Positions 30,038 through 39,929 of a stretch of DNA of 64,000 bases are shown here, piece after piece. The position numbers and the translations under genes are program-made. The notes beneath the pieces are model-generated. The model saw nothing but the letters and a program-made list of their open reading frames with translations. It searched no databases and was not told the origin of the DNA. The first letter of the stretch is position 1. Each line of letters starts with the position of its first letter. Source of the DNA: an uncultured delta proteobacterium (GTDB lineage: Bacteria; Desulfobacterota; RBG-13-43-22); contig CAVUPH010000013.1 in assembly GCA_963743305.1 (NCBI GenBank), forward strand, positions 96,001 through 160,000, written 5' to 3'.

Positions 30038-31264
30038 TTAATCGGAGAATCGCTTTGAACTGCGATTATCCCCCAAGAGCCTTTTTTTGCGAACCGACTG
30101 AATGGCCCCGTCCAGACGTTGTAGGAAGAGGGATCGATCTTTCTTTTGGAAAGGCGCCGGTCCGCCGGCCAGGGATCCGGCATCGCGTAATTGGGAAAGG
30201 AGATCGCGGGTGGCCAAGGCATCCCCGATGTTCTCTTCGGTAAAGGGGCGGCCTGTAGGCCGGAGCACCAGAGCCCCCCTCCCCAGACAGCGGGCGGCCA
30301 GGGGGATATCCCCGGAGATGACAATATCATCTGCTTCCAGGTGATCGACGATATAGTTGTCCGCCGCGTCAAAGTGATTGGTGACGATGACCAGTTCAAT
30401 CCAGTCCTCCACCGGGGTGCGCATCCGGGAATTGGCCACCAGGATGACCCGTAATCCGTAGCGTTCGGCCACCCGGTATATTTCTTCTTTCACCGGACAG
30501 GCATCGGCATCGACAAAGATGTCTAGCAAGAAGGGTCCTTCCGCGGGCGACTTTTTTTGGGTCTGCGGCGCCGGCAGCGATCCCATCGATCGCCGGTCGT
30601 GAATCGGGGCCAGCCAGATGGTGTGTCGTCTCCTGCCCAGATGGCCCCAGGGCCGCACTTCCTCCACCCCGAAATCCGCGCGACGCAGGCGCTGGGCAAA
30701 GGCCTGATCGGGTCCGGCCGACCAAACGGCTAGGATCCCGTCCGGCCGGAGGGCCCTCCGAATGACCTCCAGACCGGTGACGTCGTAGATCCGGTTATTA
30801 CCTTTACTGATCAGGTCCGCGGGGCCGTTGTCCACGTCCAGCAAAATGGCGTCGTAAGCCTGGTATTCGGATTGGAGTATTTTGACGACGTCCTCTTCCC
30901 GGACACGGACCCGTGGGTCTTGAAGCGGGTTGCCGGCCAAATGGGCCAGGGGGCCCCGGAGCCACCGGACCACCGCCGGCACCAGTTCGGCTACCACCAC
31001 TCGGCCCTGAGGTCCGATCCGGCGCAGAACCGCCGCCGTCGTGAACCCCAGACCCAACCCCCCGACCAGGATTCGGGGGCCGGCCCGGTCGGCGATCCGG
31101 GCGCAAGCCAATTCGCCCAAGGCGTCCTCCGAACTGTGGGCGGTGCTGTTCATGATTTCCCGGCCCTCCATCCGGATCGAAAACTCCTCCCCGCGCTTAT
31201 ACAGACGCAGCTCTTGGTCGTTTCCGGGTACCGAGGCGGTATCGAGTAATTCCCAGGGAATCAT
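30038..31264 (-). CDS. Fusion of a spermidine-synthase-like SAM methyltransferase and YaiI/YqxD (DUF188)
   Basis: GGLGLGFT, LLDVDNGP (N-part); IFVDADACPVK, DAADNYI, DIPLAA (C-part). Confidence 0.8.
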   Translation of the reverse strand: MIPWELLDTASVPGNDQELRLYKRGEEFSIRMEGREIMNSTAHSSEDALGELACARIADRAGPRILVGGLGLGFTTAAVLRRIGPQGRVVVAELVPAVVRWLRGPLAHLAGNPLQDPRVRVREEDVVKILQSEYQAYDAILLDVDNGPADLISKGNNRIYDVTGLEVIRRALRPDGILAVWSAGPDQAFAQRLRRADFGVEEVRPWGHLGRRRHTIWLAPIHDRRSMGSLPAPQTQKKSPAEGPFLLDIFVDADACPVKEEIYRVAERYGLRVILVANSRMRTPVEDWIELVIVTNHFDAADNYIVDHLEADDIVISGDIPLAARCLGRGALVLRPTGRPFTEENIGDALATRDLLSQLRDAGSLAGGPAPFQKKDRSLFLQRLDGAIQSVRKKRLLGDNRSSKRFSD

Positions 31265-31544
31265 GAGCGTTTCACCAAAGCAGCGGATGACGGTTTAAAG
31301 GCCAACGGGGAGAGATCAATGATTAATAGCCTCATAATTGTATTTACACGCTGATAAAAAGGGATTCTTCGCTCTCGCTCAGAATGACAAACTTGATCTG
31401 ACCGACTTATTCCGAGTCTGTCAATAACTAAGTTACCAGAAGTGCCAATCGAAGGCAAGCCGCCGGGGTTGTCGTTCACCTGCGCTGCCTGCGGGACCGG
31501 GGTGGCCGAATTGAGGACCCTCCGCTTGTTTGCCGGATCGAGGA

Positions 31545-32348
31545 TCACTTGCCGTGAGTCAGGGCGATCTTCTCGAACATGGTCACCAACCCCACGCAGA
31601 GCGAATAGATCGATTCGATTTTGAGGTTTTCCTCCGCGGTGACGTCAAAGAACAGGTGCAGCGAAGAATCCATACCGTCCTCTTTTTTCCAGTAACACAA
31701 TAAAACGGGCAGTCGGGGCAGGGGATGGATGACTACGGCGATATCCGAATTGAAGCGGTCGGGTGCGGGTTCACCCGCGAAAATTTCGATCAGCAGCTCA
31801 AGAAGTTCGGTATATTCGTCGATGACTTTTTTTAACGGCTTTTCGCAACGCTGCTCGAAAAGGCGCCACCAGTCCGCTCCGCCCTTGGTGTCTCTAAGCG
31901 GAAGCCACTCCCCTCGGGGCTCTCGACCGGCGCAATCCAGGAGATAGTTCAAAATCGGAATGGAAACCCAGCGGTTCACGTGGCAATCGGAATGGATGAC
32001 GCCTTCGGCATCAACGCTGAAAGGCTTGCCTAAACAGGTGAGGGTCATCTTCCCCTGATTGTAAATAGCGCCGCATCGTTCCGCGGCCTGGCCCAGATCG
32101 ATCTCCCGGATGCGCTGCCGCAGGTTTTCCAACGCCTTCCGGCTGTCCCTTTCAATCGAGCCTCCTTCCCCGGCGTCCCGCCGGGACTCAGGCGAGCTTT
32201 CCTCTACCAGATAAGGGCAGTCTCCGAGCGTTTTTTTGCCTTGGAACACCGCCACGGAAAAAGCCAGGCAACTGGCTTGGCGGCATTCCCGGCAGTTTGT
32301 CTTGGGAAGCCGGTTCAAGACCTCTAAGTGACTGGTTACGCGGGACAT
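31545..32348 (-). CDS. Fe-S domain plus DUF3786 protein
   Basis: LPKTNCRECRQASCLAF...CPY; PLPRLP..L.FD. Confidence 0.8.
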   Translation of the reverse strand: MSRVTSHLEVLNRLPKTNCRECRQASCLAFSVAVFQGKKTLGDCPYLVEESSPESRRDAGEGGSIERDSRKALENLRQRIREIDLGQAAERCGAIYNQGKMTLTCLGKPFSVDAEGVIHSDCHVNRWVSIPILNYLLDCAGREPRGEWLPLRDTKGGADWWRLFEQRCEKPLKKVIDEYTELLELLIEIFAGEPAPDRFNSDIAVVIHPLPRLPVLLCYWKKEDGMDSSLHLFFDVTAEENLKIESIYSLCVGLVTMFEKIALTHGK

Positions 32349-32373
32349 GATATTTCCTCCTGAGCTAAGAGAT

Positions 32374-32772
32374 TCAGGGATTCGAAATGCGGACGGTGAA
32401 CACCACGGTTTTATCGGAGGGCGTGGCCTCCCAGGATCTCTTGTAGGTCAACCTTATCTCAGTAGTTCCCGCTTTGAGGGCCTTGAAGTGATAACGTTGC
32501 TCTCCACCCGATCCCGGACGCTGGGGGTGGGCCGGCTGGTAGGGACTGCCGGTGAGTTCGAGATAGGAACGGTCGAACTGTTCGTTGCCCCTCCAGGTGT
32601 ATCCGGTCGTTTCATTGGCCTCGAGCCTGATCGTGAAAACCGTCCCCACCTTGGCCTGGATGTCCAGGTCCTTTTCGGAATAGAGGGCGCCGCCCTTTTC
32701 CCCCGAGGTGGTGGCAGCGCAACCCAGGATTAGAAACATCACCACGATTCCGATACTGATTACCATGGGCAT
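32374..32772 (-). CDS. Chagasin/I42 protease inhibitor family lipoprotein
   Basis: ILGC lipobox; N.TTGYTW, GSGG, YKRSWE motifs; start uncertain. Confidence 0.8.
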   Translation of the reverse strand: MPMVISIGIVVMFLILGCAATTSGEKGGALYSEKDLDIQAKVGTVFTIRLEANETTGYTWRGNEQFDRSYLELTGSPYQPAHPQRPGSGGEQRYHFKALKAGTTEIRLTYKRSWEATPSDKTVVFTVRISNP

Positions 32773-32929
32773 CGTCTTCTCATCCTTTCTCTCCTTTTCT
32801 CCAACGCTCACCTCTGCCCGGCCGCCTGGAACATACCGCTCGTCTTTCACCGTTTTGGACTGTTTGGATAGGTGGCTGCCCGGTTCAGTAGCGATGCCCT
32901 TGACGGCGAAGTTTGGAGCCATGGCCGGA

Positions 32930-33880
32930 TTATCCCTGTCTGGATTCCAGGGCCTTGACCAAAGCCCTGATGGTGGTGTTAAACGGAGTTTCGATTCCGG
33001 CCTGTCTCCCGTACTCGATAAACTTCCCGTTGATGAAATCGATTTCCGTCCGGCGCCGCTGTTCCACGTCCACCAGCATGGAGGGTTTATGAGGTCCCGC
33101 GCTTTCCATATATTCCCTGGCGAACGAATAAAAGTCCCACCCTACGGCGATTTCATTGGCCCGGGCCACCCGGATGCACTCTTTCAGTAAGGAATCGATC
33201 AATTGGAATATGATCGGATCCTCCAAGGCCTGCTTCATCGTTTGACCGGTGACCGCGCAAACCGGGTTCATGCAGGCGTTCATGACCGCTTTCCGCCAGA
33301 CCAGGGGGATAATCTGATCGGTGTGTTCGGTGGCCAGTCCCGAGCGGGTCAGGGTCTCGGCCAGGGCCTTGGCCGAAGACCGAGTTTCCGGGGCCAGCTC
33401 TTGAAGGTAATGGGGGGGATGATGAAAAACCAGCCGGACCCGGCCTGGTTGAATCAGTCCGCAGCCGTAATTTACCACGGCCCGCATCACCGGGGCCCGC
33501 CCTAAGACCCGGGCGACTTCAACTTCCGTGTCGATCCCGTTTTGCCAACTCACTACGACCATTCCCTTTCGGTAAAAAGTCTCGATCGCCGAAGCGATCA
33601 GCGGAATGGCCGAAGCCTTGACGGTCAGGAAAATTACGGTCGGACGGTATTGGGCCAGTTCGTCGACATGAATGCAGGTGGCGAACACTTTTTGTTGCAG
33701 CCTGGCCGCGCCTTCGATGGTTATCCCCGGATCAAGAGCAGGTTTAATCAGGTCCGGGTTGATATCGCAGAGGATGACTTTTTCCCCTTCCTTGGCCAGG
33801 AAAGCGGCCAGGGTGCAGCCCACCGGCCCGGCGCCTATCACCGCTATCGTGCTGGGAACTAATATTCCTTTCGGTTTCAT
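32930..33880 (-). CDS. panE: Ketopantoate reductase family protein
   Basis: GAGPVG, QNGI, WRK..MN..MNP, SMLVD...RRTEIDFING. Confidence 0.85.
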   Translation of the reverse strand: MKPKGILVPSTIAVIGAGPVGCTLAAFLAKEGEKVILCDINPDLIKPALDPGITIEGAARLQQKVFATCIHVDELAQYRPTVIFLTVKASAIPLIASAIETFYRKGMVVVSWQNGIDTEVEVARVLGRAPVMRAVVNYGCGLIQPGRVRLVFHHPPHYLQELAPETRSSAKALAETLTRSGLATEHTDQIIPLVWRKAVMNACMNPVCAVTGQTMKQALEDPIIFQLIDSLLKECIRVARANEIAVGWDFYSFAREYMESAGPHKPSMLVDVEQRRRTEIDFINGKFIEYGRQAGIETPFNTTIRALVKALESRQG

Positions 33881-33892
33881 GGGAGGCCCTTT

Positions 33893-34324
33893 CTACGAAG
33901 ACTCAAAAGAAGTGGGATCCAGCAGTCTGATCCCGTGCCCTTGAAGCAGGGCTATAGCCCGGTCACTATCGTTAAAGCGGAAAATCATGATCGCCTTTCC
34001 GGTGGGGGCGCCGACCAGTCCATAGGCGTAGTTGATACTGATCCCTCCTTCCAGGAGTGGTTTCAATATCCGGGCCAAGCCGCCCGGTTGATCTTCAATT
34101 TCCACGGCGATCACTTCGTCCACCCGGGCGGGCATATTCCCGGTCATCAAGATCTGCATGGCCAGGGTGACATTCGAGACCAGTAGGCGAAGGACTCCGA
34201 ATTCCCCCACATCGGCTATCTGTAGGGCCCGGATGCTGATCCCGGCTTCCCCCAAGGCCTGAGCGACCTGAAATAATCGCCCCGGGGCGTTTTCGATAAA
34301 AACGGATAATTGTTTAATTTTCAT
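33893..34324 (-). CDS. Tandem ACT domain protein
   Basis: QLSVFIENAPGRL, FGVLRLLV, DQPGGL. Confidence 0.88.
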   Translation of the reverse strand: MKIKQLSVFIENAPGRLFQVAQALGEAGISIRALQIADVGEFGVLRLLVSNVTLAMQILMTGNMPARVDEVIAVEIEDQPGGLARILKPLLEGGISINYAYGLVGAPTGKAIMIFRFNDSDRAIALLQGHGIRLLDPTSFESS

Positions 34325-34511
34325 GTTTCCTCCTTTTTATCGGCTTTTTCCACTCGGCTGGCGCCGAAGAGAGGGGATTGGGCTAATCGTATTCCCATTC
34401 TAAATCAGATCGTCTTTTTTTGACCACAAAATCTTTCAGGTGGATTATAATTTCGACAAACCCCCATGCTCAGGGCGGGCACCCGTGAAGCAGGAAAAAA
34501 ACAGACCCCGG

Positions 34512-34610
34512 GTCATTGCGAGGAGCGAAGTGACGAAAGCAATCCCCCAGTTGGCTTACAACGCCCCCCCAAGCCCTACCGGGGGATTGCTTCGCTTCGC
34601 TCGCAATGAC
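34512..34610. repeat. Palindromic MITE/RPE-like element
   Basis: GTCATTGCGAG...GCAATCCCCC...GGGGGATTGC...CTCGCAATGAC; second copy at 63457-63546. Confidence 0.8.
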
Positions 34611-34652
34611 ACACTTGTTTGGGGCTTATTTTCGTATTATAAGGAGAAGATC

Positions 34653-35528
34653 ATGATTGACGACTGGCTGGCCAATGCCTATGAAGGGATGTCCCGGCGG
34701 CAGTTTCTCGCGCGGATGAGCGCTGCGGGTTTCGGCCTGGCCGGATTCGCGCTCGCCGCCGATCCGGTGGAGGGCGAGGTCATCACCACATCCGCCCAGG
34801 GACTTGAAACGGCCGAAGGGGAAGTTCCCCGTGGCGATTTCCAGATTCCGATCTACGAGGCCCGTCCCGCTGCTCCGGGGAGGTATCCGGTCGTGCTTGT
34901 CCTCCCCGAGATTTTCGGGCTGCATGCCCACATCAAGGATGTCACCCGCCGGTTTGCTCGGGAAGGCTTCCTGGGCCTCACCTTTGAGCCTTACGCGCGG
35001 GAAGGCGGCGTTCTGCAGCTTCCCGACATGGCCGCCGTGCGGAAGGTGACGGATCGGATTCCGGACGCGCGGGTCATGGAGGACCTGGACGCTCTGGTGG
35101 CCTATGCCCGGCGGCACCCGGCCGGGCAGGGGGATCGGATCGGAGTGACGGGGTTCTGCCGCGGGGGAATGTACACCTTGCTCTTCGCGGCCCATAGTCA
35201 CAAGCTGAAGGCCGCTGTTGCCTGGTACGGCCAGATCCGGCCTGCCAAAATTCCGGGCGTCCGTTCAGCCGGACCCCTCGATCTGGCCGCCCAAATTAAA
35301 ATACCCGTCCTCGGCCTATATGGTGAGGCGGACCTGGGGATTCCTGCGGATGACGTCAAGGAGATGGAGGCGGCCCTCAAGGCTTCCGGCACAACGACCG
35401 AGTTCGTGCTTTACCCTGAGGCGCCGCACGCCTTTTTCGCGGATTATCGTCCCAGCTTTCGGCCGGAAGCGGCCGTTGATGCCTGGCGTCGCTGCCTGGC
35501 CTGGTTCAATAAATACTTGAAAGTTTAA
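34653..35528 (+). CDS. Dienelactone hydrolase family protein with Tat-like signal
   Basis: AAGGAG RBS; SRRQFL; EIFG, GFCRGG, HAFFADYRPS. Confidence 0.9.
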   Translation: MIDDWLANAYEGMSRRQFLARMSAAGFGLAGFALAADPVEGEVITTSAQGLETAEGEVPRGDFQIPIYEARPAAPGRYPVVLVLPEIFGLHAHIKDVTRRFAREGFLGLTFEPYAREGGVLQLPDMAAVRKVTDRIPDARVMEDLDALVAYARRHPAGQGDRIGVTGFCRGGMYTLLFAAHSHKLKAAVAWYGQIRPAKIPGVRSAGPLDLAAQIKIPVLGLYGEADLGIPADDVKEMEAALKASGTTTEFVLYPEAPHAFFADYRPSFRPEAAVDAWRRCLAWFNKYLKV

Positions 35529-35534
35529 CCGGGA

Positions 35535-36075
35535 TCATTCCTTCCGGGTTAAAGTCATCTCCATCATCTTTTCTTCTTTGCCCCCCTTGGCGGTGATGAA
35601 CATTTCATAGGCCACGGTATTGTCATTAATGATCCTGGAGACACTACGCCAAGTCATGGGACCCCGGACCGGGTCGTCGTAGCGGCTTACCTGGGTAATG
35701 GTCTTGCCGTTCGGACTGGCAGTCCCTTCAAAAAAATAGATACCGGTGCTCATGGAGTCGATCCAGGTTGACACATATTTCTTGGTATGGTTGTCATACC
35801 CGATGACATTGATGCCTTTGAAGGTACGTTCCCATCATCTTGCCGGTATAGACCTGCTCCAGGAATCGTCCATCAAGGATCATCTTTTGTTTGCAGGTCC
35901 CTGTGGATTCCACGGGGGGCTTATCGGGCTCCATCCAGCCCTTGGTCTTAGTAATCCAACTTCCCGCCTGACGCGCCAGCCGCTTGTGCGGCGCGCCCGG
36001 AGTTCCCACCTTCTGATAGACTTTCATGATCGCCTGCATGTCCATCTTGCCTGCCTGTTTTTTCTCTTTTGCCAT
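35535..36075 (-). CDS. DUF1579 family protein (+1 frameshift near 35826)
   Basis: PGAPHKRL..GSW, ILDGRFL, restored FKGINVIGYDNHTKKYVSTWIDSMSTG. Confidence 0.8.
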
Positions 36076-36278
36076 CGCATACCTCCTTATGGATGTGGCC
36101 ACCCGGGTCCGCCGCCGGACTGCGGCCTGGTGAACAAGTTAATACCCTCCGGCGTAGTTTCCCCTTCGAGATTATCTTTTAATTCTTACGCATGATCCCA
36201 TTTAAATAAATGGTGTAAACAATGTATTTTTTGAGAAAAAAAAGAGTATTTTTCTTTGAAAAAGGACGGCACAACCGC

Positions 36279-37619
36279 TCAGGAAGGAAAACACCGGGCG
36301 AATTGTTTCATCAACCGCGGGGATCCCTTGATGCGGATCTTCCGTTGGATCAGGGCCGGGAGGAGGCTTTTTTCTTTAGCCAGAAAATCCACCCAGGTCC
36401 GGCTGTCCGCCGTGAGCCGCAGGTCCGCTTTTCCGACGTGTCCGGGTTGAACCAAAATCTGTTGGTCTTTGATGACCGCTGTGCCGGTCAATTCTTCAGC
36501 CCCGGTAAAAGTGAAATGGTAGGTGGCGTTCAATCCTTCGGATTGTCCCCGTTGGAAAATCAAGGGCAGGCTTTCCAAGAAACTCTTCGCGGAGCCGGCC
36601 CTAAGGCCGTTGCCGATCAGCCTGGCTTTCTTATGAGGAAAACGCTTGGCCAGGTATTGTTCGGCATCCGAACCGGGCACTACAAAAATGGCTTCTTCTT
36701 TGTTTTGAAAAGGTTTGACCACCTCGTCCAAATAGGTTTGACGGTCGTCCAGAAAAGGACCGATGACCTCCTCCCCGGCGGGACAGACAGCCAGGCAGTA
36801 GGAGGATTTGTTGCATATGCCGTAACTCAGGGACTGCCACATGGAGGTCGTCTCGGAATCGCCGACTTTCCGGCGATAAGCGGCCACGTCCCGGCTGGTG
36901 ACCACCCGCTCCACCCAATCCTGAAAACCACCCAACCGGTCGCGGTAGTTGTGGGTCATACAGGCAGTAAAATTGAAATGACCGTCCGGGGAGATGGCCC
37001 CGACCGGGCAGACGGCAACACAAAGTCGGCATTCCACACAGGGGTTATAATCCAGGGGTTGGTCATAGGCGGTGGCTTCCCGGTCCAGCAGGATGGTGCC
37101 TAAAACAATAAAGCTGCCGAACCGGGGATGGATCACCAGGCGGTGGTGCCCAATCTTTCCCAATCCCGCGGCCTCGGCGATGGTTTTGTGGGAAATCGGC
37201 CACATCTTCCCGGGCCATTTGGCCATATTCATGGGAAACCCGCCCGAGAGGTATAGTGCCCGGATGCCGTCCGCTTCCAGCCTGCCGGCCAAACGGCGTG
37301 TCGCTTCGTTGATTTTTTCAAAGGTCCGCAAGAACTCCAGATCAGATACGTCTCGGGAGGGGCAACGGATATTCTCACGATTCATCTTGCAGACCAGGCT
37401 GACCAGGCTTTTTGTCCGGGGGAAGATCTCCAGGATGTCCGCGCGCTGATCATTTATTCCCGGGCGGTCCAGTTCGACGACGGCGGCATCGTCGGCACCG
37501 GCTTCCAGCGCCAGGGTCTTAAGCCGGTCGGCATCTATTTTTTCCAGGGTCAAGGAGGGAGAATGGGCGGAGGCCTTCTCCCGGTAGCGTTTTACCGTCG
37601 GGTGCTCGTTGAGTTGCAT
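36279..37619 (-). CDS. Epoxyqueuosine reductase/reductive dehalogenase-like Fe-S protein with C-terminal SCP2 domain
   Basis: SHK..AEAAGLG.IG, HPRFG, CVECRLCVAVCPVGA, C..VCP; SCP2 tail (LIQRKIRIKG). Confidence 0.8.
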   Translation of the reverse strand: MQLNEHPTVKRYREKASAHSPSLTLEKIDADRLKTLALEAGADDAAVVELDRPGINDQRADILEIFPRTKSLVSLVCKMNRENIRCPSRDVSDLEFLRTFEKINEATRRLAGRLEADGIRALYLSGGFPMNMAKWPGKMWPISHKTIAEAAGLGKIGHHRLVIHPRFGSFIVLGTILLDREATAYDQPLDYNPCVECRLCVAVCPVGAISPDGHFNFTACMTHNYRDRLGGFQDWVERVVTSRDVAAYRRKVGDSETTSMWQSLSYGICNKSSYCLAVCPAGEEVIGPFLDDRQTYLDEVVKPFQNKEEAIFVVPGSDAEQYLAKRFPHKKARLIGNGLRAGSAKSFLESLPLIFQRGQSEGLNATYHFTFTGAEELTGTAVIKDQQILVQPGHVGKADLRLTADSRTWVDFLAKEKSLLPALIQRKIRIKGSPRLMKQFARCFPS

Positions 37620-37645
37620 CGAATGATCTCCCTTTTTGGCCGAAG

Positions 37646-38083
37646 TTAGGCTTCCCAGACCTCCGGCGGAACCATGCCCATGGACTGATATTCGATTCGG
37701 TACGGAGTGATTTTGCAGACCACAAAGTTGGGGTCTTCGGGTCCGGAAAATACATTCTTGAGGTGGTCGAACCAAACCGTTTTCTTACTTCGTTCATCGG
37801 TCAGGATTTCCGCCCGGCCCTGGATCTGTAAATAGGATTCAGCCGTTTCCATGGTAGCCACACCGGTGGTCAGGTGGACCTCCGGGTTTTTCTTGATTTG
37901 GGCAACTTTTCGGGAACCCAGGAAGGTGGCCATCCAAAGGGTCAGGTCTTCATCGGCGAAAGGGGTGACATAGCGAACCCAGGGTTTACCGTCTTCAGTC
38001 AGCGTTCCCAGGGCGCAAAGGGTCGGTCCGGTCAGTTTAGCCAAAATTTTCTTTTTAAGTTCCTCGTTGGACGAGTGGGCCAT
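37646..38083 (-). CDS. Pyridoxamine 5'-phosphate oxidase-like FMN-binding protein
   Basis: GKPWVR, SRKVAQIKKNPEV, GPEDP. Confidence 0.85.
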   Translation of the reverse strand: MAHSSNEELKKKILAKLTGPTLCALGTLTEDGKPWVRYVTPFADEDLTLWMATFLGSRKVAQIKKNPEVHLTTGVATMETAESYLQIQGRAEILTDERSKKTVWFDHLKNVFSGPEDPNFVVCKITPYRIEYQSMGMVPPEVWEA

Positions 38084-38142
38084 TTTCTTCCTCCTTATTC
38101 CATATTTAAAAGTTATTTATAAGGCACATTAATAAATATCAA

Positions 38143-38727
38143 TTAACCTTTTAATATATATTTAAAAATAGATTTGAGGTGATTTTCCAGAGGGGCAGGA
38201 CCCTTGACCGCTTTCATGTGCATGAGTGCCCCATGCCAACTATAAACCAGAAAATAGGCCGCCTCCCGCACCTCCAGGCCCTTTGATAAATCTCCGGATT
38301 CCTGTGCTTCGGCCAGCACGTCAGCGTATAAATCCACCATAGCTTCCAGCCCTTGCCTGAGCTTCTCCCTGAAAGCCGGGCTTAAGTCCCCCATTTCCTG
38401 GGCCAGGTTGCCTATCGGACAGCCATAAGCAAAAGCTTTCGATTTGAAGAATTGAATAAACCAGCCGAGAAAATTCCTGACCCGGTCCAACGGCGGAACA
38501 GCGCGGTCCCCGAGGGCCTCTTTGGCTAGCTTTGAATAAAATTGCATAAAATAATCGATTACTTGAATGCCAAAATCTTCCTTATTCTTGAAATAATTAT
38601 AAAATGATCCTTTGGGCACTCCCGCCGCACGCAGCACTTCCTGAACGCCGGTATGGTTGAACCCTTTGAGGTGGATGATCTCGGCCCCGCACTCTAAAAT
38701 TCTGGTTTTGGTATCTTCCTTCATCAT
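38143..38727 (-). CDS. TetR family regulator (NemR-like)
   Basis: AGVPKGSFYNYFKNKEDFG, GCPIGNLAQEM. Confidence 0.92.
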   Translation of the reverse strand: MMKEDTKTRILECGAEIIHLKGFNHTGVQEVLRAAGVPKGSFYNYFKNKEDFGIQVIDYFMQFYSKLAKEALGDRAVPPLDRVRNFLGWFIQFFKSKAFAYGCPIGNLAQEMGDLSPAFREKLRQGLEAMVDLYADVLAEAQESGDLSKGLEVREAAYFLVYSWHGALMHMKAVKGPAPLENHLKSIFKYILKG

Positions 38728-38760
38728 CGGTTATGGCTTTTTCTATTTTAGCTTGACATA

Positions 38761-38789
38761 ATAATAGACCGGTCGTCTCAAGGTGTCAA
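38761..38789 (-). promoter_or_regulatory. sigma70 promoter with NemR-like operator in the spacer
   Basis: Minus strand TTGACA-N17-TATTAT; AGACC-GGT-CGTCT palindrome between the boxes. Confidence 0.75.
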
Positions 38790-39040
38790 TTAGATTTATT
38801 CCGGGTGGATGTGCCTGCCTCTGAATTTAAGGCCTCCCTTTCCTTCCGTTTATCACTCGGGTTCTCTGGGATTTGAAGGCGGTGCAACCTGAAAGAACCC
38901 GGGTAGTGGGTAGTCCGCCCCATGATCGATCCCGGCTACAACCCGAACTCCTTCTTACTGGTCACCGGCAGCAAGGAATGCCTGAAAATTCTGGAAGGTT
39001 AGGTCTAAGAATGGTAGATTAACCCGGAATTGGGACTCCG

Positions 39041-39261
39041 TGGCCGTCGGGTCTCGGCGATAGGGGTTCCTCCCACTTCGGGGGACTTTTCAGGTTCTCC
39101 CCCGGCCCCCGGGTTATTAAATCTTTCCGGAGGCCGGGTCCGCCTTGATGGCGCCAAAATTCTCTGAGATGGGGACTGCTTTAAATAGAATTTGTAAGAT
39201 CGGCTCGGATTCGAATTCCGGAGAACCTTTGGAAAACCCTTTCGCCGAGACCCGACGGCCA
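39041..39261. repeat. Long inverted-repeat element
   Basis: Perfect 20-bp IR TGGCCGTCGGGTCTCGGCGA / TCGCCGAGACCCGACGGCCA plus inner AGGTTCTCC/GGAGAACCT pair. Confidence 0.75.
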
Positions 39262-39313
39262 TACCAGATAGGGGGGTCACCCACCCCAAGGGGCGAAGCG
39301 TCAAAAAGAATTA

Positions 39314-39919
39314 TTAAGCCCGGGTGATTACGAATTCCCCATAATCGTCTCCCACTTCAATCCCTTTGGTCTGGACGGACTTGAAGGTGTTGAGGCCGGT
39401 TTTTCCGGTGGGATCGAAGGGGCCGCCATAAGCCAGGTCCATAAAAGCGGCGGATACTCCCTGGATCATGTAAGCCGTGGGCCTGCCGGCTTTACCATAC
39501 AGGACCACGTCGCTTTCATAATAATCATAAGCCCGGATTACCATTCTTTCGTTGGGCACCAGTTCGGCGACCTCGGATTTGGCCCACCCCCAGGCGGTGA
39601 AGACGGCAAAAGCCCCGTGCAGCACATCCTCCGGGGCCTGCTCGATCATCGGGCCCACGACCTGATTCCAGATGTCCGAGGTGATGATCCCATAGCCGGT
39701 GAAATAACCGCACTCGTGGGCGCAGTTGACCAGGAGGGTTTCGGCCGTTTCGATCAGGTCTTCCGGCACCGAATTGACGATGCGCCGGGCAAAGCCGTTC
39801 CAAAATTCGGCCGGCAGTTGTTGCACATATACCCCAAAGGCCGGGATCATCCCTTCCTGATCTCCCAGTACCGTTACTTTCGACATCTCGGCGATGATTT
39901 TCTTTCTATCAATGGCCAT
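39314..39919 (-). CDS. V4R (4-vinyl reductase)-like domain protein
   Basis: AWGWA, YDYYES, YMIQGVSAAFM, QTKGIEVGDDYGEF. Confidence 0.65.
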   Translation of the reverse strand: MAIDRKKIIAEMSKVTVLGDQEGMIPAFGVYVQQLPAEFWNGFARRIVNSVPEDLIETAETLLVNCAHECGYFTGYGIITSDIWNQVVGPMIEQAPEDVLHGAFAVFTAWGWAKSEVAELVPNERMVIRAYDYYESDVVLYGKAGRPTAYMIQGVSAAFMDLAYGGPFDPTGKTGLNTFKSVQTKGIEVGDDYGEFVITRA

Positions 39920-39929
39920 GATTTCCTCC

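Noticed and set aside
34440-34652. N-terminal extension of the dienelactone hydrolase
   Set aside because: It is the translation of the palindromic repeat; RBS and Tat signal support ATG 34653
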